A stretch of DNA of 64,000 nt, from positions 6,131 to 70,130 of the IMG/VR virus record IMGVR_UViG_2597489885_000001. One strand, written 5' to 3'. The position numbers were made by a program, and so were the translations under genes. Positions 8,170-17,922 of this stretch are shown here, one piece after another. The DNA comes from a virus. Taxonomy: Duplodnaviria; Caudoviricetes. Numbering within the stretch: position 1 is the first letter of the stretch; the number at the start of each line of letters is the position of its first letter. The notes under the pieces are model-generated. The model worked only from the letters and a program-made list of their open reading frames with translations. It searched no databases and was not told where the DNA came from.

Positions 8170-8310
8170 ATGAACAAATTGTTGCCACCAGCACCACCGC
8201 CCATGCGCACGCCGAATGCATCACTAGCCCCGAGTGTCGGCTCGATGCTGGTGGCGGCCGTGTTCCTGCTCGGTGTAGCGCTGGGCGCCAAGATGACCGG
8301 AGGCTGGTAA
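8170..8310 (+). CDS. Small membrane protein (46 aa)
   Basis: MNKLLPPAPPP...MLVAAVFLLGVALGA...; TAATG overlap with HNH. Confidence 0.5.
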   Translation: MNKLLPPAPPPMRTPNASLAPSVGSMLVAAVFLLGVALGAKMTGGW

Positions 8311-8648
8311 TGGTGCGACTGAAGACGCTCGGATCTCGGGTGAAGGAGAGCGCAGGCTCTCGCCTCAAGGTCATCACCCCAGGCAGTTGGAGAAGCGACA
8401 AGACCAGCACCCAGCGCGGCTACGGCTACAAGTGGCAGAAGGCGCGGGAGGTTCATCTTCGTGATAACCCTCTGTGCGTGTACTGCCAAAGAGAGGGCCG
8501 AGTAACAGCGGCATCGGTGGTTGACCATAGCGTCCCGCACCGCGGGGACATGGAGGTCTTCTGGGACCAGAGCCTCTGGGTTTCTCTCTGTGTTCACTGT
8601 CACTCCTCGGTCAAACAGAAAGAAGAGAACCAAGCCCTTCACCGTTAG
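8310..8648 (+). CDS. HNH endonuclease (terminase-associated, HK97 gp74-like)
   Basis: RGYGYKWQKAR...PLCVYC...VDH..PHRGD...LC..CHS. Confidence 0.9.
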   Translation: MVRLKTLGSRVKESAGSRLKVITPGSWRSDKTSTQRGYGYKWQKAREVHLRDNPLCVYCQREGRVTAASVVDHSVPHRGDMEVFWDQSLWVSLCVHCHSSVKQKEENQALHR

Positions 8649-8657
8649 AGGTCCAAC

Positions 8658-9293
8658 ATGTCCCATGCGAACCAGGCAGCTCAGTGCTGTGTACCTGGCT
8701 GCTTTGCCGTGGCCAATCGAAAGGGAGCGCGCATGTGCGAAAAGCACTACACGCGCCACCGTCGAACCGGTACCACTGACAAGATCAGCAGGGTCAAGCC
8801 TGGAGCTCTGACGAATGCCTACGGCTACAAGTTGGCCCACTCGCCCGATCATCCGCTGCGTCGTGTGAGCAGTCGAGTGTATGAACACCGCATCGTCTAT
8901 CACGCTCACCACGGTGATGGACCGTTCAACTGCCATTGGTGCTCATGCGTTGTCACCTGGGATGACATGCACGTCGATCACCTGAACGACTGCACCGATG
9001 ACAATCGCCCAGACAACCTAGTGGCCAGCTGCCCACGCTGCAATCAGAAGCGCGGCATACCCAAGATGACGAAGACCCATCAACTCAAGTCAGCCAGACG
9101 CTACACGGCCCACGGCATGACGATGTGCCTGAGCGAGTGGAGCAGGCACCTCAACCTGTCCCGCACAGCAATCGAGTTCCGACTGGATGCTGGTTGGAGA
9201 CTTGAGGATGTGTTCTCGCCTCGAAAGGGACGGTCAGGACCACCGAGTCGCAGGGTCAAGCAGGCCGAGGAGGCGTCAGGGCTCGCTGGATGA
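8658..9293 (+). CDS. Second HNH endonuclease (homing-type)
   Basis: VYEHRIVY...CHWC...HVDHLN...DNRPDNLVASCPRCN. Confidence 0.85.
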   Translation: MSHANQAAQCCVPGCFAVANRKGARMCEKHYTRHRRTGTTDKISRVKPGALTNAYGYKLAHSPDHPLRRVSSRVYEHRIVYHAHHGDGPFNCHWCSCVVTWDDMHVDHLNDCTDDNRPDNLVASCPRCNQKRGIPKMTKTHQLKSARRYTAHGMTMCLSEWSRHLNLSRTAIEFRLDAGWRLEDVFSPRKGRSGPPSRRVKQAEEASGLAG

Positions 9294-9294
9294 G

Positions 9295-9420
9295 ATTTTG
9301 CACCGTGTTGGTGCGTTTTCGGTCGCCAGACCCCGGGGGGGTCAAATAATAGCGATTCCCACATAGCTAGACCGCCCTCGACCCCACGCACAGATTTTTT
9401 TCCCTCATAGGATTTTTGTT
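9295..9420. other. Probable cos packaging region
   Basis: Non-coding gap between HNH and terS with GGGGGGGTCAAA and AGACCGCCC; position typical of HK97-like cos; cut site not determined. Confidence 0.5.
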
Positions 9421-9422
9421 AA

Positions 9423-9965
9423 ATGGCTTTAACACCCAAGAAGCGCGCCTTCATCGCTGCGCTCAGGGGAGGTGCGTCCAATCGAGACGCAGCCATTGCG
9501 GCCGGATGCCCAGAAAAATCAGCGTCTGCAGCTGGGTCGCGACTGGCCAAGGATCCCGATGTCGTCGCCGAGCTGAACAAGCAGCGGGCGCTCGGCCAAC
9601 TGCCCGGCGATGTTAAAGCTGATGTTAAAGAAAGTGTTAAAGGTGGCGGCTCCGCTCCCGCCGATGACACACCGACCGCTCAACCTGCTGAGGCCTCGCA
9701 GAGCTTGGAGGGTGAGTGGGAGTCGGCCGGCTTCGACCTCTCCCGCGCGCTATTTCACAAGGACCCGAAGGACTTCCTGCTCGCGGTCGTGAACGACCTG
9801 GAGATGGATGCCAAGTTGCGCGTCGATGCAGCCAAGGCCCTGATGCCCTTCGTGCACCCTCGGAAAGGGGAGAGCGGGAAGAAGGAGCAGGCGAAAGAGA
9901 AGGCTGCCGATGCAGCGTCCGGTAAGTTCGGTGCCCGCCGCGGCCCACTGCGAGCGGTGAAATGA
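9423..9965 (+). CDS. Terminase small subunit
   Basis: N-terminal HTH (AAIAAG...ASAAGSRL), LRVDAAKALMPFVHP; upstream of terL. Confidence 0.85.
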   Translation: MALTPKKRAFIAALRGGASNRDAAIAAGCPEKSASAAGSRLAKDPDVVAELNKQRALGQLPGDVKADVKESVKGGGSAPADDTPTAQPAEASQSLEGEWESAGFDLSRALFHKDPKDFLLAVVNDLEMDAKLRVDAAKALMPFVHPRKGESGKKEQAKEKAADAASGKFGARRGPLRAVK

Positions 9966-11650
9966 TGGAGTGGACCACTGCATGCCCTGACTGGGAACAA
10001 CGCATCGTCGCCCGCCAGAGCTTGATCCCGTTCGACCCGCTGTTCCCGACCGAGGCCGAGGAGGCCCTGGAAGTGTTCGGCGCACTGCGAATGGTCGACG
10101 CCACTGGTAGCCCGCTGATGTGCGAGACGGTTCGCGACTGGGTCAACCAGTTCGTGGCCGCCATCTTCGGCGCCTATGACCCTGATGAGGGGCGGCGCCT
10201 GGTCAGCGAGTTCATGCTGCTGATCAGTAAGAAGAACGGTAAGTCGACCATTGCCGCGGGAATCATGCTCACGGCGCTGATCCTCAACTGGCGGCCGTCC
10301 GGTGAGTTCATCATCCTGGCCCCGACCAAGGAGATCGCTGACAACTCCTACATCCCGATCCGCGACATGGTGCGGGCCGATGAAGAGTTATCCGCTCTCT
10401 TGAAGGTGCAGGACCACCTCCGCACGGTGACGCATCACCAGACCAACGCCACCTTGAAGGTGGTAGCGGCCGACAGCGAGACGGTATCAGGCAAGAAGGC
10501 CATCGGCGTCTTCATCGACGAGCTATGGGTGTTCGGTAAGCGCGCCAACGCGGAGGCGATGCTGCGGGAAGCCACTGGTGGCCTGGCCTCTCGCCCCGAG
10601 GGTTTCATCATCTGGGCAACCACCCAGTCTGATGCGCCGCCGGCTGGGGTGTTCCGGCAGAAGCTGATGTACGCCCGCAAGGTTCGGAACGGAGAAATCG
10701 TCGACAAGTCGTTCTTGCCGGTGCTCTACGAGTTCCCCAAGGCAATGCTTGACGCCGGGGCGCATCGGGATTTCGCCAATGCCTACATCACCAACCCCAA
10801 CTTGGGGCTGTCGGTAGACGAGCCGTTCATCGAGCGCGGGTATGCGCAGGCCCAGATGGACGGTGAAGAGTCGTTCCGCGGCTTCCTAGCCAAGCACCTC
10901 AATGTCGAGATCGGCCTGGCACTGCTGTCGGACCGCTGGGCTGGTGCTGACTACTGGGAGCAGCAAGCCTCAGATGACTGCCGAACGCTTGAAGACCTGA
11001 TTGAGCGTTGCGAGGTGATAGACATCGGTATCGACGGTGGCGGCCTCGACGACTTGCTCGGCTTCGCTGCCGTGGGGCGCGAACGGGACACCAGGCGCTG
11101 GCTGACCTGGACGCACGCCTGGGCGCATCCGTCTGTGCTGGAGCGCCGGAAGGCTGAAGCGCCGCGCATCCGTGACTTTGCAAACGACGGCCACCTGACC
11201 CTGGTTGAGCGCATCGGTGATGACGTGGACCAGATCGCCGAACTGGTTGCCCAGGTAGAGGAGGCCGGCCTTCTCGATCAGGTGGGCCTAGACCCGGTCG
11301 GCATCGGCGCAATTCTTGACGCCCTGGAGGCCCGAGGCATCCCCCGCGAGAAGATCGGCGGCGTGAAGCAGGGCTACACCCTGGGCGGCGCGATCAAGAC
11401 AGCGGAGCGGAAGCTTGCCGAGGGCGGCCTTTGGCATGGCGGCCAGCCCATGATGGCGTGGTGCTGCGGCAACGCCCGCGTTGAGCCTCGCGGCAACGCA
11501 ATCCTCATCACCAAGCAGGCCAGCGGCTCGGCAAAGATCGACCCGCTGATGGCGCTGTTCAACGCCGTAACGCTCCTGGCTCTCAACCCAGAGGCTCAGG
11601 GCGGAATGGCTGACTACCTGGATAACGGGTTCTTTGGACTTATAGGCTGA
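9962..11650 (+). CDS. Terminase large subunit
   Basis: ISKKNGKST Walker A, FIDELW, GIDGGGLDDL, KIDPLMA. Confidence 0.95.
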   Translation: MMEWTTACPDWEQRIVARQSLIPFDPLFPTEAEEALEVFGALRMVDATGSPLMCETVRDWVNQFVAAIFGAYDPDEGRRLVSEFMLLISKKNGKSTIAAGIMLTALILNWRPSGEFIILAPTKEIADNSYIPIRDMVRADEELSALLKVQDHLRTVTHHQTNATLKVVAADSETVSGKKAIGVFIDELWVFGKRANAEAMLREATGGLASRPEGFIIWATTQSDAPPAGVFRQKLMYARKVRNGEIVDKSFLPVLYEFPKAMLDAGAHRDFANAYITNPNLGLSVDEPFIERGYAQAQMDGEESFRGFLAKHLNVEIGLALLSDRWAGADYWEQQASDDCRTLEDLIERCEVIDIGIDGGGLDDLLGFAAVGRERDTRRWLTWTHAWAHPSVLERRKAEAPRIRDFANDGHLTLVERIGDDVDQIAELVAQVEEAGLLDQVGLDPVGIGAILDALEARGIPREKIGGVKQGYTLGGAIKTAERKLAEGGLWHGGQPMMAWCCGNARVEPRGNAILITKQASGSAKIDPLMALFNAVTLLALNPEAQGGMADYLDNGFFGLIG

Positions 11651-11652
11651 CC

Positions 11653-12864
11653 ATGGCATTTCGTTGGTACAACCCCAGCACCTGGCGGTTCTTCGGCTAC
11701 ACCGATCCGACCACGGGCGACTATGTCGAAGTCGACATGGAGGTCGGCGGCAAGCGCACCAAAGCGGGTGTGCGTGTCACCGTCAAGACGGCCCTGTCCA
11801 TCAGCATGGTCTGGTCCTGCGTCAAGATTCTCTCTGAGTCCCTGAGTGGCTTGCCGCTGAAGCTGTACGAGGACAAGCAGGGGGGGCGAGCGTTGGTAAC
11901 CGGCAACGACCGGATGCTCAAGCTGCTGCGCAAGCCGAACCCCTACATGACCATGCTGAACTTCCTCAAGTTCGTGGTCGTGAACATGGCGCTGCGCGGT
12001 AATGCGTTCGCCCTCATTGAGCGCAACATCCACGGCGATCCGATAGGCCTTGTGCCACTGGATGGCAGGGCCGTGAAGATCGATACCGATGACGACTTGA
12101 TCTATCTGGTCACCCCTGGAGAAGGGGACCCGTTCCCCGTGTCGCCGGAGAACATGCTGCACTTCAAGCTGTTCAGCCTGGATGGCATCGTCGGGCTGTC
12201 CCCGATTGAGCACCAGGCAGAGACCATGGGCCTAGCCAAGGCTGGTCAGCAGTGGTCGGCGCGCTTCATGCGTAAGGGCGGCTTCACCGGTGGCTACGTC
12301 ATCTATGAGCAGTTCTTGACCAAAGCCCAACAGGCCCAGGTCATGGAAAAGTTCCCAGATGTGCGCAAGGCCGATGCCGACGACATCGGCAAGATGGCGA
12401 TCCTGCAGGGCAACCCCAAGATCGTCCCGGCCGGCATTAGCCAGAAAGATGCCCAATTCATCGAGTCGCAACAGTTCCAGGAGGAGGCTCTGGCGGGCAT
12501 CTATGGCGTCCCGCTGTGGCTGGCCAACCGCGCCGGCAAGACCTCAATCATGGGCTCCAACCTGGAGCAGCAGCTGACCGGTTTCATCACCTTCGGCCTA
12601 AAGCCCTACATCGACACCGTTGAAGACGAGCTCAACAACAAGCTGTTCGGCTCCGGCGTCCGCTTTGTGGAGTTCGTGGTCGAGGGGCTGCTGCGAGCCG
12701 ACAGCGCCGGCCGCGCCGCCTACTTCCAGGCTGCCCTGGGTGGTTCTGGCGGCTCAGGCTGGTTGTCGATCGACGAGGTACGCGAAAAGGAAAACTACCC
12801 GCCGCTAGGCGGCGACTACGCCCGGGTTACCCGGTGGGAGATGCAAAAAAATGGCGAATCTTGA
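11653..12864 (+). CDS. Portal protein (HK97 family)
   Basis: VWSCVKILSES, LRGNAFALIER, GLSPI, YGVPLWL. Confidence 0.95.
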   Translation: MAFRWYNPSTWRFFGYTDPTTGDYVEVDMEVGGKRTKAGVRVTVKTALSISMVWSCVKILSESLSGLPLKLYEDKQGGRALVTGNDRMLKLLRKPNPYMTMLNFLKFVVVNMALRGNAFALIERNIHGDPIGLVPLDGRAVKIDTDDDLIYLVTPGEGDPFPVSPENMLHFKLFSLDGIVGLSPIEHQAETMGLAKAGQQWSARFMRKGGFTGGYVIYEQFLTKAQQAQVMEKFPDVRKADADDIGKMAILQGNPKIVPAGISQKDAQFIESQQFQEEALAGIYGVPLWLANRAGKTSIMGSNLEQQLTGFITFGLKPYIDTVEDELNNKLFGSGVRFVEFVVEGLLRADSAGRAAYFQAALGGSGGSGWLSIDEVREKENYPPLGGDYARVTRWEMQKNGES

Positions 12865-13492
12865 AGTTCCGTTTGAGCTCAAGTCTGTTGATGACGCTGG
12901 CAACTTCGAGGGTTACGCCGCGGTATTCAACAACGTAGACCTGGGCGACGACGTAATCCTCCCTGGTGCCTTCACCCGGGTGAAGGCTACCCGCGGCGGC
13001 AAGCTGAAGCTGGCGCTGTACCACGACTTAACCCGCCTGGTCGGTGCTGCGGACTACACCCAGGATGACCACGGCCTCCTGCTGAAGGGCCAGGTCAACC
13101 TCAACGTCAGCTATGCCCGCGACGCCTACGAACTGATGAAGGCCGACATCCTCGACAGCATGTCGATCGGCTTCAACACCATTAAGGCAGATTTCGAGGA
13201 TCGCGCCGGGCGGCGCGTTCGCCTCATCAAGGAGGCCGAACTGTGGGAGGCCTCCTTCGTACCGTTCGGCATGAACCCCGAGGCCCAGGTCCTCAGCGTC
13301 AAGTCGGACATCAGGCTTTTCGAGAACGCCCTGCGCGAACGCATGGGCTTATCGCAGAAGGAGGCGGCGGCAGTCGCTTCGCTCGGCTACTCCGCGCTGC
13401 GCCGTGATGGCAGCAGCGAGGCCACGGTGATCGTGGAAGAGCTGAAAGAAATTTCCACCCTGTTCACCCACCATTTTGGAGTATCGCCATGA
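12851..13492 (+). CDS. Prohead protease (HK97 family)
   Basis: FEGYAAVFNNVD...PGAF...HD...SMSIGF...LWEAS.V.FGMNPEA. Confidence 0.95.
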   Translation: MANLEVPFELKSVDDAGNFEGYAAVFNNVDLGDDVILPGAFTRVKATRGGKLKLALYHDLTRLVGAADYTQDDHGLLLKGQVNLNVSYARDAYELMKADILDSMSIGFNTIKADFEDRAGRRVRLIKEAELWEASFVPFGMNPEAQVLSVKSDIRLFENALRERMGLSQKEAAAVASLGYSALRRDGSSEATVIVEELKEISTLFTHHFGVSP

Positions 13493-14688
13493 GCGAAGTA
13501 AAAGAACTGAAGGACTCTCTGGAGCTGCAACTGAAAAACGGCTTCGACGGCCTGCAGAAAAAGTACGACGCGGCCATTGCCGAGGTCGAGAAAGGCAATC
13601 AGGTCACCACTGACCTGAAGTCCCAAATCGAGAACCAGAAGGGCGAGCTGCAGCGAGTCATCGACCAGGTTCAGGATCTGGAGCAGAAGGGCGTTAAGCT
13701 CCGAGGCCAGCCGGGCGAGGGCAAGAGCTTTATCGACCTCATCAATGGCGATGAGAGCTACAAGGCGTTGAAGAAGGGCGGCGCTCTCGCTGAGATCGAT
13801 GTGACCAAGTCCGACATGGCCAGCATGAAGGAGATGAAGGTCACCAGCGCCGGTATCGTCGTGCCGAACTACGATCCGGTGATTCAGCCAGGCATCCGTC
13901 AGGAGCTGCGCATCCGCGACCTTCTGACTGCGATCCCGGTTTCCGGCCAGAACTACACCTACTTCCGGGAGAACGTACACACCCACGGCGCTGCGCCGGT
14001 GGCTGAAGGCGGTCTGAAGCCGACCAGTAACGTGACCTTCACCACCGAAACTGACCGGGTGAAGAAGATCGCAGTCTGGATGCCAGTGACCGACGAAGCG
14101 CTGGATGATGTGCCACAGCTGCTCGCGTACCTGCAGCAGTTGCTGCGCTACGACCTCAAGCTCGAGGAGGAGGCACAGATCCTCAAGGGCGACGGCACCG
14201 GCGAGAACCTGAACGGCCTGATGACCCAGGCGACCAGCTACAACGCCGCGCTGAGCAAGGCCGGCGATACAGCGATCGACCTGGTGCGTCGTGCGATCTA
14301 CCAGGTGCGCAAGCAGTCGAAAATGTCTGCCGACGGCGTGACGATGACCGAGCTGGACTGGATGAACATCGAGCTTCAGAAGGACGGTGAGAACCGCTAC
14401 TTGTTCGCCAACCTGCAGGGCCTGGTAACCCCAATTCTGTGGGGGCGTCCAGTGATCACCTCGGACAGCATGGACGAAGGCGACGCTGATACCGGCGGCG
14501 AGTTCCTGGTGGCGAACTTCGCCCGCTCCACCACGCTATTCGACCGCATGTCGTTCCTGTTCAAGATGGGTCTGATCAACGATCAGTTCATCAAGAACGA
14601 ACGCGCGCTGCTGGTCGAGGAGCGCCTGGGCCTCGGCGTGCGCCGTAAGGAGGCACTGGTCAAGGGCACCTTCCCAGTCGCCCCATAA
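13489..14688 (+). CDS. Major capsid protein (HK97 fold with delta domain)
   Basis: Coiled-coil N-terminus, EEEAQILKGDG, ERALLVEERL. Confidence 0.95.
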   Translation: MSEVKELKDSLELQLKNGFDGLQKKYDAAIAEVEKGNQVTTDLKSQIENQKGELQRVIDQVQDLEQKGVKLRGQPGEGKSFIDLINGDESYKALKKGGALAEIDVTKSDMASMKEMKVTSAGIVVPNYDPVIQPGIRQELRIRDLLTAIPVSGQNYTYFRENVHTHGAAPVAEGGLKPTSNVTFTTETDRVKKIAVWMPVTDEALDDVPQLLAYLQQLLRYDLKLEEEAQILKGDGTGENLNGLMTQATSYNAALSKAGDTAIDLVRRAIYQVRKQSKMSADGVTMTELDWMNIELQKDGENRYLFANLQGLVTPILWGRPVITSDSMDEGDADTGGEFLVANFARSTTLFDRMSFLFKMGLINDQFIKNERALLVEERLGLGVRRKEALVKGTFPVAP

Positions 14689-14701
14689 TTCAAACCCACT
14701 G

Positions 14702-14730
14702 AAGGCCGGCCCATCGCCGGCCTTTTCGTT
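14702..14730 (+). terminator. Intrinsic terminator
   Basis: AAGGCCGGC-ccatc-GCCGGCCTTTT. Confidence 0.75.
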
Positions 14731-14742
14731 TCTGGAGGCAGC

Positions 14743-15009
14743 ATGAAAATCAAGACTCTGTGGGGGTTCATCGGCAATGGCGCGCTGTTGGGCGCCGGCT
14801 CGAACAAGATCAAAGCCAACGTGGTGTTCGACGATGCCGATGATGAGTACGCCCACACCCTGATCGGCAAGGGCCTGGCCGTCGAGGTCGACGCCAATGG
14901 CAAGCCTCGGGTAGCCAAGCCCAAGGAAAACAAGCCTGCGGCTCCGAAGGAAGACAAGGGCGCTGCAGAGAAAGCAGCTGCTGACAAAGCTGCCGGTGAG
15001 GACAAGTAA
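14743..15009 (+). CDS. Small head-region hypothetical protein
   Basis: GGAGG RBS; K/A-rich tail. Confidence 0.7.
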   Translation: MKIKTLWGFIGNGALLGAGSNKIKANVVFDDADDEYAHTLIGKGLAVEVDANGKPRVAKPKENKPAAPKEDKGAAEKAAADKAAGEDK

Positions 15010-15309
15010 ATGCTCGACCTGGCCCGCGTGAAGATCCACCTGAAGGTGGATGACGATGAGGAGGACGCGCTCATCCTGGGCTACCTCGAGTCGGCCAAGT
15101 CTCACGTGGCCATGCATTGCGACCGGGTGCTGGTCGAGACCGACCCGGTGGAGCCCGAACAGATGGGGCTTACGCCGGATGTCGAGCAGGCCATCCTGCT
15201 GCTGGTCGGGCACTGGTACGCAAACCGCGAGGCCGTGGTGGTCGGGACGATTTCCTCGGCCACTCCGCTCGCAGTCGAAAGGCTGCTTTGGTACAGGAAG
15301 CGTTTCTGA
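15010..15309 (+). CDS. Head-tail connector (gp6-like)
   Basis: VKIHLKVD...ED.LI..Y..SA...AILLLVGHWYANRE. Confidence 0.9.
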   Translation: MLDLARVKIHLKVDDDEEDALILGYLESAKSHVAMHCDRVLVETDPVEPEQMGLTPDVEQAILLLVGHWYANREAVVVGTISSATPLAVERLLWYRKRF

Positions 15310-15635
15310 TGAGAGCAGGACCGATGCGCCACCGTTGCCGATTGAGCAAGTACGAGCGGGTGCAGAACAACACGGGCGGCTACGACCAGGTGTGGGTGCC
15401 GGCCGGCGAGGTCTGGGCGGAAATCACCCTGCCTACCGGTCGAGTCGCGCCGATGGCCGAGCAACTGGAGGCGGTCGTCAGCGCGGAGATCCGCATTCGC
15501 CCCCGGGCTGACATCGCCGCTGGCTGGCGGCTGACCGACAAGCGCACCGGCGTGACCTACAAGGTCGAGGCGCCGCTGCTCAACAACGAACGGGACATGC
15601 TGCGTCTGCTGTGCTCCAGCGTCCCCAACCCATGA
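15309..15635 (+). CDS. Head closure protein
   Basis: MRAGPMRHR...VWAEI...IRIRPR..I.AGWR. Confidence 0.85.
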   Translation: MRAGPMRHRCRLSKYERVQNNTGGYDQVWVPAGEVWAEITLPTGRVAPMAEQLEAVVSAEIRIRPRADIAAGWRLTDKRTGVTYKVEAPLLNNERDMLRLLCSSVPNP

Positions 15636-15643
15636 GGTGAATC

Positions 15644-15832
15644 ATGAAGATTCGTGCATTGGGCGTCCTCACCGGCGCCTCTGGCGATCGCGAGAAGGGC
15701 GAGGAGTTTGTCGTCGACAAGGAGTACGGCGCTGGCTTGATCAGCCGCGGTTATGCCGTTGAGGTGGTAGAAGTCGCTGCTACCACCGACAAGGCCGACA
15801 AGCCAGGCAAGACAGACCTGGCCAAGGAGTAG
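15644..15832 (+). CDS. Small hypothetical protein
   Basis: GAGGTG RBS; 62 aa; resembles 14743-15009. Confidence 0.7.
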   Translation: MKIRALGVLTGASGDREKGEEFVVDKEYGAGLISRGYAVEVVEVAATTDKADKPGKTDLAKE

Positions 15833-15835
15833 GGC

Positions 15836-16336
15836 ATGGCCAGGCGCTCGAGTATCCGGGGCGATATCCGATTGCGCCGAACGCTCCGTAACATCCACAA
15901 GTTTATGGACAACGAGCTAAAGCCGGCGATGGAGACGGCGGCGAACCGCATCCTTGAGACCCAGCGTCAGCTGATCCCGAAGGACACCGGCGAAGCGGCC
16001 GCAGCGCTCAAGGTCTACGTTTCGCCCAGCGGCCTGGATGCCCAGATCGGGATCCGCGGAAAGCGCGACAACCGGAAGTTCTTCTACCTGCGCTTCATCG
16101 AGTACGGCACGAAGGGCTATATCGGCAACAAGCGTGCGGGCAACCGGAATCGCCAGGCCAAGAACAAGAGCGATGGCCAGAACTTTTTCGGCAAGCACCC
16201 GGACATCCCGGCGCGCCCGGCGCATCCATGGTTGCGGCCCGCCATGCAAGTCAACAGGGAGTATGTGATGGCAAATATCGAGGCTGCGGTGCGGCGAACG
16301 CTGCGCAAGGCGAGCCAGGGGGTAGGCAATGGCTGA
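15836..16336 (+). CDS. HK97 gp10-like tail component
   Basis: P.DTG...YLRFIEYGT...PAHPWLRPAM. Confidence 0.85.
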   Translation: MARRSSIRGDIRLRRTLRNIHKFMDNELKPAMETAANRILETQRQLIPKDTGEAAAALKVYVSPSGLDAQIGIRGKRDNRKFFYLRFIEYGTKGYIGNKRAGNRNRQAKNKSDGQNFFGKHPDIPARPAHPWLRPAMQVNREYVMANIEAAVRRTLRKASQGVGNG

Positions 16337-16715
16337 TCCATCTGTGGCGCTGCAAGCGGCGCTGTTCGCCCGGCTCCGGGCTGAGGTCAGCTGTCCAGTC
16401 CACGACGGCGCCGACATCAACACCCCGAAGCCCTATGTGTCGATCGATCGTGAGATCTCGACCAACATCCGGCCCATCGCTGGCCGCAAGCGCGAGGAGC
16501 GCCTGCTGTACCTGTCAGTCTGGTCAGACGCCGTCGGCCAGGCCGAGGTGAAGCGCATCAATGGTGAAGTGGTCGCCGCCCTTGACGAGCGCCGCTTGCC
16601 GCTGGAGGAAGGTCGCGCAGTGTCCGTCCGCGTGCAACAGGCTGATGCCCAGCGGGACGCCGACGGCATCACGTACCAGGGATCGATCACCGTCCGCGTG
16701 ATCACCACCCACTGA
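16329..16715 (+). CDS. Tail terminator (DUF3168-like)
   Basis: ALQAALFARL...PYV...LSVWS; position before the tail tube. Confidence 0.8.
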   Translation: MADPSVALQAALFARLRAEVSCPVHDGADINTPKPYVSIDREISTNIRPIAGRKREERLLYLSVWSDAVGQAEVKRINGEVVAALDERRLPLEEGRAVSVRVQQADAQRDADGITYQGSITVRVITTH

Positions 16716-16770
16716 TCAACCCAACCGGCCGCCTCGCGGCTTTATCCAATGTGCCTTTGGAGGAACCCCC

Positions 16771-17271
16771 ATGGCCGAAGACAACCTCAACACAGCCGCC
16801 GGATGCCGCCTCGCGATTGGCGGCAAGACCGGTGCCGACACCGAAACCGAGTACAAAGCCGACACCTACGTCGATGTGGGCGAGATCGAAGACCTGGGCG
16901 AGTTCGGCGACACCTTCAACCCGGTGAACTTCACTTCCCTGGCCGATGGGCGTGTTCGCAAATACAAGGGCACTGCCGACGCCGGCAACATGACCCTGAC
17001 CGTGGGGCTGGACAACGGCGACCTCGGCCAGAAGGCCGTCGCTGCCGCGCACAAGGACCGCACCAAGGGGAACTACAACATCAAGGTCACGCTCAACGAT
17101 GGCGACCCTGGCGCGACTCCGGCGATTCTGCCGACCACGTTCTACTTCTCGGTGAAGGTGATGAACAACACCGTAGCCCCGGGCTCCGCTGACAACGTGG
17201 TGCGCCGTAACATCACGCTCGGCATCAACACTGCCATCCTCGAAATCGTGGCCGGTCCGGCCGCCCCGTGA
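16771..17271 (+). CDS. Major tail tube protein
   Basis: VGEIEDLGEFGD...KYKGTADAG. Confidence 0.85.
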   Translation: MAEDNLNTAAGCRLAIGGKTGADTETEYKADTYVDVGEIEDLGEFGDTFNPVNFTSLADGRVRKYKGTADAGNMTLTVGLDNGDLGQKAVAAAHKDRTKGNYNIKVTLNDGDPGATPAILPTTFYFSVKVMNNTVAPGSADNVVRRNITLGINTAILEIVAGPAAP

Positions 17272-17311
17272 TCTATGGGGCTTCGGCCCCATCTTCTGTT
17301 GAGAGAACCTC

Positions 17312-17656
17312 ATGAGCGAAGCCCTGTATGGCACCACCACCCTGGTGGTCGGTGCACGAACCTACACCCTGCAGCCCACCCTAGAAGCGGCGCTGCGTAT
17401 CGAAACCCGGTTTGGCGGCCTGCGCGGGGCGCTGGAATCCATGCGCCTGATGAGTATTGCGGCCAGCGCGGACATCATCGTCGCCGGCGCCGGGCTCAAG
17501 CCTGATCAGCACGCCGAGGTTGCTACTGGCGTGTTTCAGACTGGCGTAGCGAAGGTCTCAGCCGAGCTGACCGATTACCTCACTGTGCTGCTCAACCCGG
17601 TGCCGCCGAGTATCGTCGCCCGGGGAAAGCCCGAGGCGGACAGCACAGCGCAGTAA
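17312..17656 (+). CDS. Tail assembly chaperone (gpG-like)
   Basis: Position between tube and TMP; slippery GGGAAAG near the 3' end. Confidence 0.85.
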   Translation: MSEALYGTTTLVVGARTYTLQPTLEAALRIETRFGGLRGALESMRLMSIAASADIIVAGAGLKPDQHAEVATGVFQTGVAKVSAELTDYLTVLLNPVPPSIVARGKPEADSTAQ

Positions 17657-17880
17657 GGAACGGCAGCTACGTCGACTATCTGTTCGGCGTGGCGACTGGC
17701 TGGCTTGGCTGGCCGCCTGAAACCGCATGGCGCACGCCGGTTCCGCAGATCATGTTGGCGCTCGATGCGCGCCTCGACTGGACGGGGCGCGGGCAGGCAG
17801 TACCACAGGCCGCACCCCAGAAGCGCGAAAGCGTTGCGGACAAGCTGAAGGCCTTCCTGCGAGGGCGACCGAAAGAGTGA
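17623..17880 (+). CDS. -1 frameshift extension (gpGT-like)
   Basis: In-frame G GGA AAG at 17623-17629; -1 frame open to 17880 (...YLFGVATGWLGWPPETAW...). Confidence 0.85.
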   Translation, partial: GKARGGQHSAVRNGSYVDYLFGVATGWLGWPPETAWRTPVPQIMLALDARLDWTGRGQAVPQAAPQKRESVADKLKAFLRGRPKE

Positions 17881-17922
17881 CCATCAACCGCCCAGGCGGT
17901 TTTTTTATGCGTGGAGAAAGGC

